Under the pieces are notes generated by a model, which had not been told where the DNA came from, searched no databases, and was given only the letters and a program-made list of their open reading frames with translations. Made by a program: the position numbers and the translations under genes. DNA of 63,954 bases, counting the filler, from an uncultured bacterium (lineage in GTDB: Bacteria > CAZSTA01): NCBI GenBank assembly GCA_964609495.1. It is 3 parts of 3 records of this genome, joined end to end, with 100 filler letters (N's around TTAATTAATTAA, not from the genome) between each part and the next. Parts side by side here need not be neighbours in the genome. Positions count along the whole stretch, not along the records: positions 1 to 25,171 come from CAZSTA010000031.1; 2 more parts are not named here. One strand, 5' to 3'. Positions 10,929 through 19,826 of this stretch are shown in pieces (within the stretch, counting starts at the first letter, position 1; each line of letters begins with the position of its first letter).

Positions 10929-10990
10929 CTTTATCCTCCTCGAGCCTTATTTAAACAGCACTTTTTTGGGTGCTCCTCTCTTATCTCCTC

Positions 10991-11082
10991 TTCAATTTCA
11001 TCATTTTACACCCGCTCTGTTTTCTATCGCCTAATCAATTATACTATAGAGTAGGGCAAAAGTCAATACTAAAGTGATTCAA
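10991..11082 (-). promoter_or_regulatory. Direct repeat copy 2: sigma70 promoter, leader and remnant of the rlmN start, now upstream of the flippase operon
   Basis: TTGACT-17-TATAAT identical to 5624-5652, followed by …GTAAAATG|ATGAAATTGAA (rlmN begins ATGAAGTTGAA). Confidence 0.88.
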
Positions 11083-11250
11083 GGATACATATAAAATCTG
11101 GGATCTAAGATCTAATTTACTTTGTATTACACCCTCCCCCTATCCCCCTCCCATCGAGGGAGGGGGGACGAGAAATAATGCGAAGCATAGACTTAAGCTC
11201 TATCTCGATGTTCCCTCTCCCCTCGTGGGAGAGGGCCAGGGTGAGGGGGA
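11083..11250. repeat. Dispersed double-hairpin REP/MITE-like element (family C)
   Basis: CCCCCTCCC-ATCGA-GGGAGGGGG and CCCTCTCCC-CTCGT-GGGAGAGGG hairpins with CACCCT…AGGGTG outer arms; related copies at 34478-34584 and at the window start. Confidence 0.85.
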
Positions 11251-11331
11251 GTTATAACTCGATCTGAAATCATTACGAAGTAAAGACTTTTTGATGCCCG
11301 ATTCTATATGCTTCCCTGCAAATCCAACTTC

Positions 11332-11360
11332 TTGCTAAAAGTACTCAAAAATGCTATAAT
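11332..11360 (+). promoter_or_regulatory. Sigma70-type promoter with extended -10
   Basis: TTGCTA-17-TATAAT with TG at the extended -10 position. Confidence 0.65.
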
Positions 11361-11445
11361 ATTTAGAAAATAGGAGGCAAAGAGGAAGTATATCAGGAGA
11401 AGGTGCGAAAACGTAAAGAATGTTAAACTAAAGGGGATTGATCTT

Positions 11446-14304
11446 ATGCTCAAAAAAACTATATTATTCTCTATAATCCTTTTATATCTGTTCCTATCAC
11501 CCGCCTACTTAATAGAAGCATCCCCGATAGAGTGGCGGGTTTCCTCTGATGGACTCTACGGAGGGACAGTTACCTCCTTAGCCTCGGTGAAAGGGAAGGA
11601 TAATATCATCTATGCGGGAACGATTAATGCAGGAATATTTAAAAGCACTGATGGAGGAGAGAGTTGGCAAAAGGTGAACAACGGATTGCCATTAATAATA
11701 CTATCCGATAAGACAGTATATGATTTAGCTACCGCTGGAGATAATATAGTATATGCCGCGATAGGTGGATATTTCTTCAGAAGCACTGATGGAGGAAAAA
11801 GTTGGACTAACTACCGACAAGTTGAGGGATTAACTGGAAGATTCCAAAATATTAATCATCTACTCCCAGCAGGAGATAGCGGAGAGGTGATCTATGCGGG
11901 TAGCAGAGGGGAAGGTCTCTTCAAAAGCGTAAATGGAGGCTTGAGCTGGATTAAGCTGAACTACCAGGGGAATTTCATTACTGGATTAGCCGTTGATAAT
12001 GATAATACCGTTTATGTCTCCTCCGCTTACGGGTTAATAGCTAAATCTACCGATGGAGGAAAGAGTTGGCGGAGAATAGATAATAGTTTACCCCGACAGG
12101 AAGGGAATATACAATCCATAGTGATCGCGGGAGCCAGTAGAGATAGACTATACGTAGCTATCTATGGTGGCGGTGTTTTCAAAAGCGCTGATGGAGGCAA
12201 AAGCTGGATCGGTCTCAACGAGGGATTACCCGATTTGTGGGTTAGGAAGGTGCTTGCAGTTGGGAAGAATGGAGGAACGCTCTACCTCAGAACGGAGAGC
12301 GGCTATACCTATGTAAGGGATGAGGATAAAGGAGACGATAGCTGGAGAAAGTTCGACCTCGAAAAGATCAACTATCCTATCCTATCTTTGCTCACCGTTG
12401 GAGATCAAGGGAATATAATCTATGCTGGATGCGGAAGCGGAGGAATCTACAAAAGCACTGATGAAGGCGACTCCTGGGAGGAACGAAATAGAGGCTTGAT
12501 TGCTCTCGATATAAAATCAATAGTGATCTCTTCCACTTCCAAAGTGTATTTGGGAACTTATGGGGCCGGGGTATTCCAAGCTGAGGATACTGCTTGGAGA
12601 ACTATGAACGAGGGTTCCAAGGATATTTACATAGAGAAGATAAAATTAGACGAAGATGAGAACAATCTCTATCTAATATCTCTCAGCGGTAGAATCTATA
12701 AGAGAGGGTTAAGTGAGGAGAAATGGGAGATAGTGAGTGATAATTTACTCAATAATTATCTATTAGATATCATACCGCCGAATGAGAAGGGATTAAGCTA
12801 TCTTGGAATATATAACTTCGGAGTGCTAAGAAGCGAGGATGGAGGGGCAACTTGGAGTCCCTCCAAGACAATACCCCCTGGTATCGAGAGAATGACAATC
12901 GTTAAAAATGGTGATATTATTTATATCAATAGTGGCTATAGGGATATCTACAGAAGCCCCGATGGAGAAGGAAGCTGGCAGAAGATGACCACCGAGGGTT
13001 TGCCAGAGGATAATATCATATCTCTGACTGCAACCGAGAATGGAGGAAAAGTGTTCGTTATAATTCCCAGCTACGGGATATACGGATACTTCGCCGATGA
13101 AGAGGGATGGCAAAAACTTCCTCATCCTAGCGAGAGAAGGGATTGGGAGGGGATAAAAGTTATTGGAGAGAAAGTGTATGTGTGGAATGATACCGAAGTA
13201 TTCTCCAGCCCTCTCGAAAGTTCGGAATGGACGGAGATCGCTCCTAATAAAATATCTGGAACTATAACTGCTTTAACAGGGAAGGATAACACATTATATC
13301 TAGGAACCCAGATAAGTGGGATATATAAATTTGAAAGGGGAAGATGGGAAAAGGCAAATAAAGGATTACCTCAAGTACTTCACTCTAGGATTCCCGAAGT
13401 AGCTGGTTTGGCAGTAACAGGAGAGGAAGCTCAGATAATATATGCGGTGTTATATGAATCGGGAAAGGGTAAAATATATAAAAGCACTAATGGAGGAAAA
13501 TCTTGGAAGGGATTGAAAGCCCCTAATTTCTCCTCTCTATACTCCATAGAGGCTTCAGGCGCCAAGGGGAAGGAAGTATATATCACAACTAATTCTGGAC
13601 TCCATAGAAGCCTCGACGGAGGTGAGAATTGGCGTTCATTAGAGAGCGGATTACCCAGAGAAGCCGATACCAGATTGTTATCCCTAATATCCCTTTCAGA
13701 GGGGAAAGATATTCTCTACTTAACGGTCTCAAGTTTGAGCGGAGGTTCTCAATTATATAGAAGCCTCGATAAAGGAGACAACTGGACTCTCGTCAATCCT
13801 TATCCCCAGGATGTATCCGCTCTCCTAGCTGAAAGAGGAAATGAGAGAATCTACGCAGGAACGTTCGCAACCGGTGGTTTCAAGAGCGGCGATCGAGGGA
13901 ATAATTGGCAAAAGATGAATGGCTTGCCTGCTAAGGAGATAATATATGCACTTATTAAGTCTCCAAAGGATAATAATACGCTTTATGCAGGAACTAGCCT
14001 CGGCTTCTTCAGAAGCGGGGATAAGGGGGAAAACTGGGATATCCTCGATAATGGTCTTCCCCCTCAAGCGAGGGTGAAGAAGCTGACAGCAGTTATTTCC
14101 GAGAGCGGTGCCGAGATCCTCTTAGCCGCGGTCGGGGCGAAGAATGGCGAAATCTGTGAAGTATTCAAAAGCGAGGATGGGGGAAGCAATTGGAAGAAGT
14201 TAGGAGAGTTCGCAGAGGAGATACAATCTCTAGCCCTGAGTCCAGCAGGAGACTTAGCCTATGTGGGAACTAACGTAGTGTATATCGGGCGATTAACTAA
14301 GTGA
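11446..14304 (+). CDS. Secreted BNR/Asp-box repeat beta-propeller protein (VPS10/YCF48-like)
   Basis: N-terminal signal peptide and more than a dozen (K/R)SxDGGxxW repeats. Confidence 0.88.
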   Translation: MLKKTILFSIILLYLFLSPAYLIEASPIEWRVSSDGLYGGTVTSLASVKGKDNIIYAGTINAGIFKSTDGGESWQKVNNGLPLIILSDKTVYDLATAGDNIVYAAIGGYFFRSTDGGKSWTNYRQVEGLTGRFQNINHLLPAGDSGEVIYAGSRGEGLFKSVNGGLSWIKLNYQGNFITGLAVDNDNTVYVSSAYGLIAKSTDGGKSWRRIDNSLPRQEGNIQSIVIAGASRDRLYVAIYGGGVFKSADGGKSWIGLNEGLPDLWVRKVLAVGKNGGTLYLRTESGYTYVRDEDKGDDSWRKFDLEKINYPILSLLTVGDQGNIIYAGCGSGGIYKSTDEGDSWEERNRGLIALDIKSIVISSTSKVYLGTYGAGVFQAEDTAWRTMNEGSKDIYIEKIKLDEDENNLYLISLSGRIYKRGLSEEKWEIVSDNLLNNYLLDIIPPNEKGLSYLGIYNFGVLRSEDGGATWSPSKTIPPGIERMTIVKNGDIIYINSGYRDIYRSPDGEGSWQKMTTEGLPEDNIISLTATENGGKVFVIIPSYGIYGYFADEEGWQKLPHPSERRDWEGIKVIGEKVYVWNDTEVFSSPLESSEWTEIAPNKISGTITALTGKDNTLYLGTQISGIYKFERGRWEKANKGLPQVLHSRIPEVAGLAVTGEEAQIIYAVLYESGKGKIYKSTNGGKSWKGLKAPNFSSLYSIEASGAKGKEVYITTNSGLHRSLDGGENWRSLESGLPREADTRLLSLISLSEGKDILYLTVSSLSGGSQLYRSLDKGDNWTLVNPYPQDVSALLAERGNERIYAGTFATGGFKSGDRGNNWQKMNGLPAKEIIYALIKSPKDNNTLYAGTSLGFFRSGDKGENWDILDNGLPPQARVKKLTAVISESGAEILLAAVGAKNGEICEVFKSEDGGSNWKKLGEFAEEIQSLALSPAGDLAYVGTNVVYIGRLTK

Positions 14305-14316
14305 AGGGGGTAGTTT

Positions 14317-15081
14317 ATGGATTATAGACGTATAATTCCTTGTCTGGATTTCAATAAAGGGAGAGTAGTCAAGGGAGTAAATTTTGTGAATCTAGTTGAC
14401 GCTGGCGATCCGGTCGAACACGCCAAAGTTTATGATCAAGAAGGGGCAGATGAACTAGCCTTTCTGGATATTACCGCTACTGTTGAGGATAGGCAGATCA
14501 CTATAGATATGGTGAGGAAGATCAAAGATGCTATATCGATTCCCCTAGCAGTAGGAGGAGGGATTCGCTCCCTTGAAGATATCGATAAAGTACTTTCGGC
14601 AGGAGCTGATAAAGTATCGATTAACTCATCAGCAGTTAGGACTCCAGATCTCATCGATAAGGTAGCCGCTAAGTTTGGAAGCGAAAGATTAACAGTGGCG
14701 ATAGATCCTAAGCGTAGATCAGGAGATAAAGCAGAATGGGAGGTCTTCATCAGCGGAGGCAAGATCGCCACTGGACTGGATGCCGTCGCCTGGGCGAAGG
14801 AGGTTGAGGAAAGAGGTGCGGGCGAGATACTGCTGACGAGTATGGATCGTGATGGGACTAAGTCCGGTTATGATCTCGAACTAACTCAGGCGGTAGCTTC
14901 TGCGTTGAGGATTCCAATTATCGCCTCTGGAGGAGCAGGGACTTTAGAACATCTGTATCAGGCTCTGACTGAAGGGAAGGCAGACGCAGTTTTAGCCGCT
15001 TCTATCTTCCACTTCCGAGAGATATCGATCAGGGAGGCTAAACGCTATCTGGCGGAGAGAGGGATCCCAGTTCGACGATAG
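14317..15081 (+). CDS. hisF: Imidazole glycerol phosphate synthase cyclase subunit
   Basis: [53 protein letters not shown]. Confidence 0.97.
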   Translation: MDYRRIIPCLDFNKGRVVKGVNFVNLVDAGDPVEHAKVYDQEGADELAFLDITATVEDRQITIDMVRKIKDAISIPLAVGGGIRSLEDIDKVLSAGADKVSINSSAVRTPDLIDKVAAKFGSERLTVAIDPKRRSGDKAEWEVFISGGKIATGLDAVAWAKEVEERGAGEILLTSMDRDGTKSGYDLELTQAVASALRIPIIASGGAGTLEHLYQALTEGKADAVLAASIFHFREISIREAKRYLAERGIPVRR

Positions 15082-15271
15082 GGCTTATATAGAAGCTCTT
15101 GAAAAATCTCTTGCTAATTATGATGAGATTTGCAGGAGCTCCTCACTATCACTGTTTTCAAAGGAGTTTGAGAGGGAAGCTGAGTCCCTCAGAATCCAGG
15201 CTAATAAGGGAATTTGGGATAGAATAAAAAATTGGTAGAAAGGTCAAAAATGAGGACTATCACTAGATAAT

Positions 15272-15300
15272 TTGCTATTTGGATATAGCTATGATATAAT
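15272..15300 (+). promoter_or_regulatory. Sigma70-type promoter of the methyltransferase gene
   Basis: TTGCTA-17-TATAAT with extended TG; supports ATG at 15344 as the true start. Confidence 0.65.
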
Positions 15301-15343
15301 AGAGAAAACTCCTATTGCGATAGAAAGGAGTGGAGTATATATT

Positions 15344-16969
15344 ATGAGCGATTGGAAGAACAAGCTATATTTTGGGGATAACCTTGATATAATGCGTAAG
15401 TATATCGCAGATGAAAGTGTAGATCTGATATACCTAGACCCACCTTTCAACTCTAAAGCTAGCTATAATGTGCTATATCGAGAAGCTAATGGCAGTCAAT
15501 CTGCTGCTCAGATAACCGCCTTTGAGGATACCTGGCATTGGGATATAAAAACACAAGAGGCTTATGAGGAAGTGGTAAGGCAAGGTCCCAAGAAGGTAGC
15601 TGACCTGTTGCAGGCACTGCGAGAATTCTTAGGTACAAATGATATGATGGCTTATCTAGTTATGATGGCAATTCGACTGGTAGAGCTACATCGAGTACTG
15701 AAACCAATGGGTAGTCTGTATTTGCATTGTGATCCAACTGCTAGTCATTATCTCAAGATTGTGTTAGATCAAATATTCGGTGTTAAGAATTTCAGAAACG
15801 AGATCTCGTGGCGCCGTTCCAACCCCAAAAGCCATCACATCACCAATTTTGCAAACTGTAGAGATACTATTTTCAGGTATTCTAAATCTGAATATGCCAT
15901 ATTCAACAAGATTTATAGCGAGCACGATCCCAAATATGTAGAAAAGGCGTATCGGTTTATTGACGAAAATGGAAGACGATATCGGCTACTTCCCCTGCTA
16001 AATCCCAACAAAGATCGTCCTAATCTCACTTATGAATTCTTAGGCATCACTAGAGTTTGGCGCTGGACAAAAGAAAGAATGAAAAAAGCCTATGCAGATG
16101 GTCTGATTGTGCAACTAAAACCGGGTGCTGTTCCTCAATATAAAAAATATCTGGATGAGTCTCCGGGCAGAACCATAACAAATGATTGGCACGACATTAA
16201 ACCTACTTCGGGCAAAGAATCACTTGGCTATCCTACCCAAAAACCAGAGGCGCTACTTGAGCGAATCATTAGGGCGTCATCAAATGAAGGTGATATCATA
16301 CTTGACCCTTTCTGTGGATGTGGTACTACAGTCTCAGTGGCGGAGCATCTTAACCGGCGTTGGATAGGAATAGATATTACTCACCTAGCTATTACTCTTA
16401 TAAAACACAGATTAGAAGATACTTTTGGAGCAGAGTTATCTCCTTATGAAGTTCTTGGCGATCCTAAAGACCTGCGAAGCGCCGAAGCCCTAGCAGAACA
16501 AGACCCTTATCAATTTGAGTGGTGGGCTATTGGCTTAGTCGATGCCTTTCCAGTAGGCAAACAGAAGAAGGGTGCTGATAGAGGTATAGATGGTTATATA
16601 AACTTTTTCGATGATGATCCCAAAAAGGCTAAGAGCATAGTCATCCAGGTTAAGAGTGGTCATGTTACCGTGAGTCAGATACGTGATCTCAGAGGAGTAT
16701 TAGAGCGAGAAAAGGCTGTAATTGGAGCTTTTATCACACTAAGGAAACCGACTAGAGAAATGCTAAAGGAAGCAGCTTCAGCAGGTTTTTATGAGCCTAA
16801 AAAATATCCCGGCAGTCGCTTCCCCAGACTACAGATTCTTACCACTGAAGATTTGCTAGCAGGTAAGCAGTTAGAATACCCAAGACAGGGAATAGGAACA
16901 TTCAAGAAAGCTGAACGTAAGTATAAAGGGAGTAAGACACAAATTAGCCTTCTGTCAGATGGTGCTTAA
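15344..16969 (+). CDS. Beta-class DNA adenine methyltransferase fused to a C-terminal Mrr-like restriction endonuclease domain
   Basis: DLIYLDPPF (motif IV), YPTQKPEALL, LDPFCGCGTT (motif I), C-terminal ADRGIDG…IQVKSG. Confidence 0.9.
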   Translation: MSDWKNKLYFGDNLDIMRKYIADESVDLIYLDPPFNSKASYNVLYREANGSQSAAQITAFEDTWHWDIKTQEAYEEVVRQGPKKVADLLQALREFLGTNDMMAYLVMMAIRLVELHRVLKPMGSLYLHCDPTASHYLKIVLDQIFGVKNFRNEISWRRSNPKSHHITNFANCRDTIFRYSKSEYAIFNKIYSEHDPKYVEKAYRFIDENGRRYRLLPLLNPNKDRPNLTYEFLGITRVWRWTKERMKKAYADGLIVQLKPGAVPQYKKYLDESPGRTITNDWHDIKPTSGKESLGYPTQKPEALLERIIRASSNEGDIILDPFCGCGTTVSVAEHLNRRWIGIDITHLAITLIKHRLEDTFGAELSPYEVLGDPKDLRSAEALAEQDPYQFEWWAIGLVDAFPVGKQKKGADRGIDGYINFFDDDPKKAKSIVIQVKSGHVTVSQIRDLRGVLEREKAVIGAFITLRKPTREMLKEAASAGFYEPKKYPGSRFPRLQILTTEDLLAGKQLEYPRQGIGTFKKAERKYKGSKTQISLLSDGA

Positions 16970-17320
16970 AGAAGTATAATTCATAATGACATCAAGATAT
17001 TAGGATATGCTGAACCCAGATCATAAGATATAGATATGATATAGTAGAGTAAAATCCTATAGAAACAAATGGGAGTTATTAGGAAGCTCAGAAGGTATTT
17101 TAGAAATAAGGATAACTTATTCTGGGCTAGGAGACAAAGAATATCACTCTAAACACCAATTGAAATTTGATTTAGTAGATAAAGGGTGGTATCTCATAGA
17201 TGGTAAAGACGATAGATGACCAAGTTCTATTATATTACCTGTCGGGTAGGAGTGGAATAATAACTCTCGATCTATTGATATCTGAGAATAAGAGGAGGTT
17301 ATGAAGCTAAGGCAAGTAGA

Positions 17321-17875
17321 ATGATGGAAAATGAGATGATCGATGATATAGAGGAGATCATACTCACTCCAGAGGATATCGAGAGGGAGGTATCTCGGCT
17401 AGGACGGGAGATATCCGCCGACTATATGGATAAGGATCCCCTCTTAGTAGGAGTCCTCAGAGGCTCCACAGTCTTCATAGCCGATCTAATTCGTCATATT
17501 TCACTACCTGTCAGGATCGACTTCATCTCCATATCTAGCTATCAACACCCCTCTCCCGGAGTAGTTCGGATCATAAAGGACTTGGATGAGCCAATCACCG
17601 GTAAGGATATCATTATAATAGAGGGGATAATAGATACTGGCCTCTCCTTGGGATATTTGATACGAGTCCTTAACCTTAGAGAACCCGCGAGCTTGGAGAT
17701 ATGCACCCTCTTGGATAAACCAGCTCGTCGTATTCTCGCTCTCAATCCTAAATATGTGGGAGTCGAGATCCCCGATAAGTTCGTCGTTGGCTATGGTCTG
17801 GATTACAATCAAAAATATCGCAATTTGCCCTTCATTGGTGCTTTGAAGCCAGAGATATACCAAGGTAATCGATGA
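17321..17875 (+). CDS. hpt: Hypoxanthine phosphoribosyltransferase
   Basis: VGVLRGS..F..DL, ISSY, PRPP loop IIEGIIDTG, LLDKP, FVVGYGLDY. Confidence 0.92.
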   Translation: MMENEMIDDIEEIILTPEDIEREVSRLGREISADYMDKDPLLVGVLRGSTVFIADLIRHISLPVRIDFISISSYQHPSPGVVRIIKDLDEPITGKDIIIIEGIIDTGLSLGYLIRVLNLREPASLEICTLLDKPARRILALNPKYVGVEIPDKFVVGYGLDYNQKYRNLPFIGALKPEIYQGNR

Positions 17876-17955
17876 TCTAAAGGCAGGGATGGAAATCGGA
17901 AGATCTGATTGATAGCATCTCTATTTTCCACTTTTCAAAAAGGAGGTAAGTCGCT

Positions 17956-18822
17956 ATGCCCAGCTTTGATCAGCTAAGTTTTATGGCTTCTTTAGGCTTC
18001 GCCAGTTGGGAGCCAAGGAAGATATTAGAGGAATTATCTCGTATCGGTTATAAAGGAGTGGGATGGACCCCAGCTCACTTTAATCCTCGCCAGAAATCTC
18101 CCGAAGCCCTTGAGAATTTGATAAAGGAGACACACAATTATGGGATGGAGGTAGGAGAGATCGTAGTCCAGCGGGATTTCGTATCCCTTGATGAGAACAT
18201 AAGAAGGGACCGAATCAATTTAACCAAAGAATCTATTCAAGCCGCGGGAGAAGCAGGCGCTAAGGTGATAAATGTCTTCACTGGCCCTGCTCCTTGGGAT
18301 CCTAAAGCCCCTCGTATCCCTCGCGATCTCTCTCAGGGAGAGGCTTGGGATATAGTGCTGGGCGCCTTCGAGGAGATTCTAAAAGTGGCAGAGAAATACA
18401 AAGTTTATATAGCGGTGGAAGGGGTATTTGGGCATCTCTGCCACGATTATTACACCACAAAGCCCCTTATCGATCACTTCGATTCGGAGTATCTGGGGAT
18501 TAATATGGATCCCTCTCACGGAAGTTTATATGGTAACGATATCCCTTGGGTCGTGAAGCAATGGTCCGATAAGATCAAGCATGTTCACCTCAAAGATGCG
18601 ATAGGTGTTCCTGGAGAAAACGGACGCGATTTTATGTTTCCCCTGCTCGGAGAGGGAATGATCGATTGGTCGGCTTTCTTCAACGCTCTCGATGAGATTG
18701 GCTATAGGGGATTTCTATCGGTGGAGTTCGAATCCTTCAAGTATTACCGAGTGATCTTAGAAGGAGACCCGGTCAGAGCAGCCGAACTTTCTATGGAGCA
18801 GTTGAAGAAGTTACTAAAGTAA
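17956..18822 (+). CDS. Sugar phosphate isomerase/epimerase (xylose isomerase-like TIM barrel)
   Basis: IAVE, NMDPSH, HVHLKD, LGEG.IDW, GY.G.LSVE. Confidence 0.88.
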   Translation: MPSFDQLSFMASLGFASWEPRKILEELSRIGYKGVGWTPAHFNPRQKSPEALENLIKETHNYGMEVGEIVVQRDFVSLDENIRRDRINLTKESIQAAGEAGAKVINVFTGPAPWDPKAPRIPRDLSQGEAWDIVLGAFEEILKVAEKYKVYIAVEGVFGHLCHDYYTTKPLIDHFDSEYLGINMDPSHGSLYGNDIPWVVKQWSDKIKHVHLKDAIGVPGENGRDFMFPLLGEGMIDWSAFFNALDEIGYRGFLSVEFESFKYYRVILEGDPVRAAELSMEQLKKLLK

Positions 18823-18847
18823 AGTTGAGTAAGAGAGCATATAAAAC

Positions 18848-18898
18848 GAGGACTTCGCCTCACTCCTCAGAGGAGAGGAGTAAAGGGCGAGGTTCCTT
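18848..18898 (+). terminator. Long stem-loop after the isomerase gene (probable terminator)
   Basis: AGGACTTCGCC/GGCGAGGTTCCT arms enclosing an ACTCCTC/GAGGAGT inner stem. Confidence 0.5.
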
Positions 18899-18986
18899 TG
18901 CTCATTATCCAATATCTCCATAAATATTATATATTTGGGGGGTTTTAAGCTGTCACTCTATAAAAATGATTTTATCCCTCACATAT

Positions 18987-19015
18987 TTGACAAAAAGGAT
19001 AAATTAGTGTATAAT
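18987..19015 (+). promoter_or_regulatory. Consensus sigma70 promoter of the rpsU operon
   Basis: TTGACA-17-TATAAT. Confidence 0.88.
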
Positions 19016-19094
19016 ATAGATTGAAAGTTGATACTCTCCTGCCGTTTTTTTCTTTAGAATTTTACTATACCGAGGAAGGAGGGGAATATGATAA

Positions 19095-19283
19095 ATGGCT
19101 AGAGTTGAAGTCGAAGTAAAGGATAGCGAGAATTTTGAGAGCGCCTTAAGGAGATTTAAGAAGGAATGTCAAAAGCAGGGAGTTATATCTGAGATTAAGA
19201 GGCGGGAACATTATGAGAAACCAAGCGTGCGTCGTAAAAAGAAGCTTCTCGCCGCTCGCCGAAAAAATAGACCAAGGAGATAA
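19095..19283 (+). CDS. rpsU: 30S ribosomal protein S21
   Basis: ESALRRFKK…[14 protein letters not shown]. Confidence 0.97.
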   Translation: MARVEVEVKDSENFESALRRFKKECQKQGVISEIKRREHYEKPSVRRKKKLLAARRKNRPRR

Positions 19284-19288
19284 TCGCT

Positions 19289-19741
19289 ATGTCTTTGAAG
19301 GATGAACTCTCGGAAGCAATGAAAACGGCGATGCGCAAAGGTGATAAAATGGAGCTATCTGCCATAAGACTTCTCCGTTCTGAGATTAGAAATAAGGAGA
19401 TAGATATAGGCAGGGACATTGATGATGAGGAGATAGTGGCTTTAATATCTAAAGGGATAAAGAAGTGCCAAGAAGCCATTGAGCAGTTCAAGAGGGGAAA
19501 TCGGAGCGATCTGGTGGAGAAAGAGGAGAAGGAGATAGAAACTTTAAGACGCTTCCTTCCCCGCCAGCTTACCGAAGATGAACTCAAGGATATAGTAACT
19601 CAGACTATCGAGGAGGTAGGTGCAGATTCTCCCAAGGATTTAGGTAGGGTAATGGCTGCAATTATGCCTAAGATCAGAGGTAGAGCCGAGGGGAAGATAG
19701 TTTCTAAGATGGTTCGAGAGACTTTAAAGGAAACTTTTTAA
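19289..19741 (+). CDS. yqeY: GatB/YqeY domain protein
   Basis: MKTAMRKGDK..LSAIRLL, IEQFKRGNR.DL, LPRQL, DLGRVM; follows rpsU. Confidence 0.92.
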   Translation: MSLKDELSEAMKTAMRKGDKMELSAIRLLRSEIRNKEIDIGRDIDDEEIVALISKGIKKCQEAIEQFKRGNRSDLVEKEEKEIETLRRFLPRQLTEDELKDIVTQTIEEVGADSPKDLGRVMAAIMPKIRGRAEGKIVSKMVRETLKETF

Positions 19742-19774
19742 CCTTATATATTTTTGGAAGCAAAAGTTTCCTTT
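19726..19774 (+). repeat. REP-like palindrome (family A) overlapping the yqeY stop codon
   Basis: AAAGGAAACTTTT…AAAAGTTTCCTTT. Confidence 0.82.
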
Positions 19775-19826
19775 ATTAGGAGAGTAAAGAGTTTACCGGT
19801 CTCAAGTTGTTAACCGAGGATCTTAT

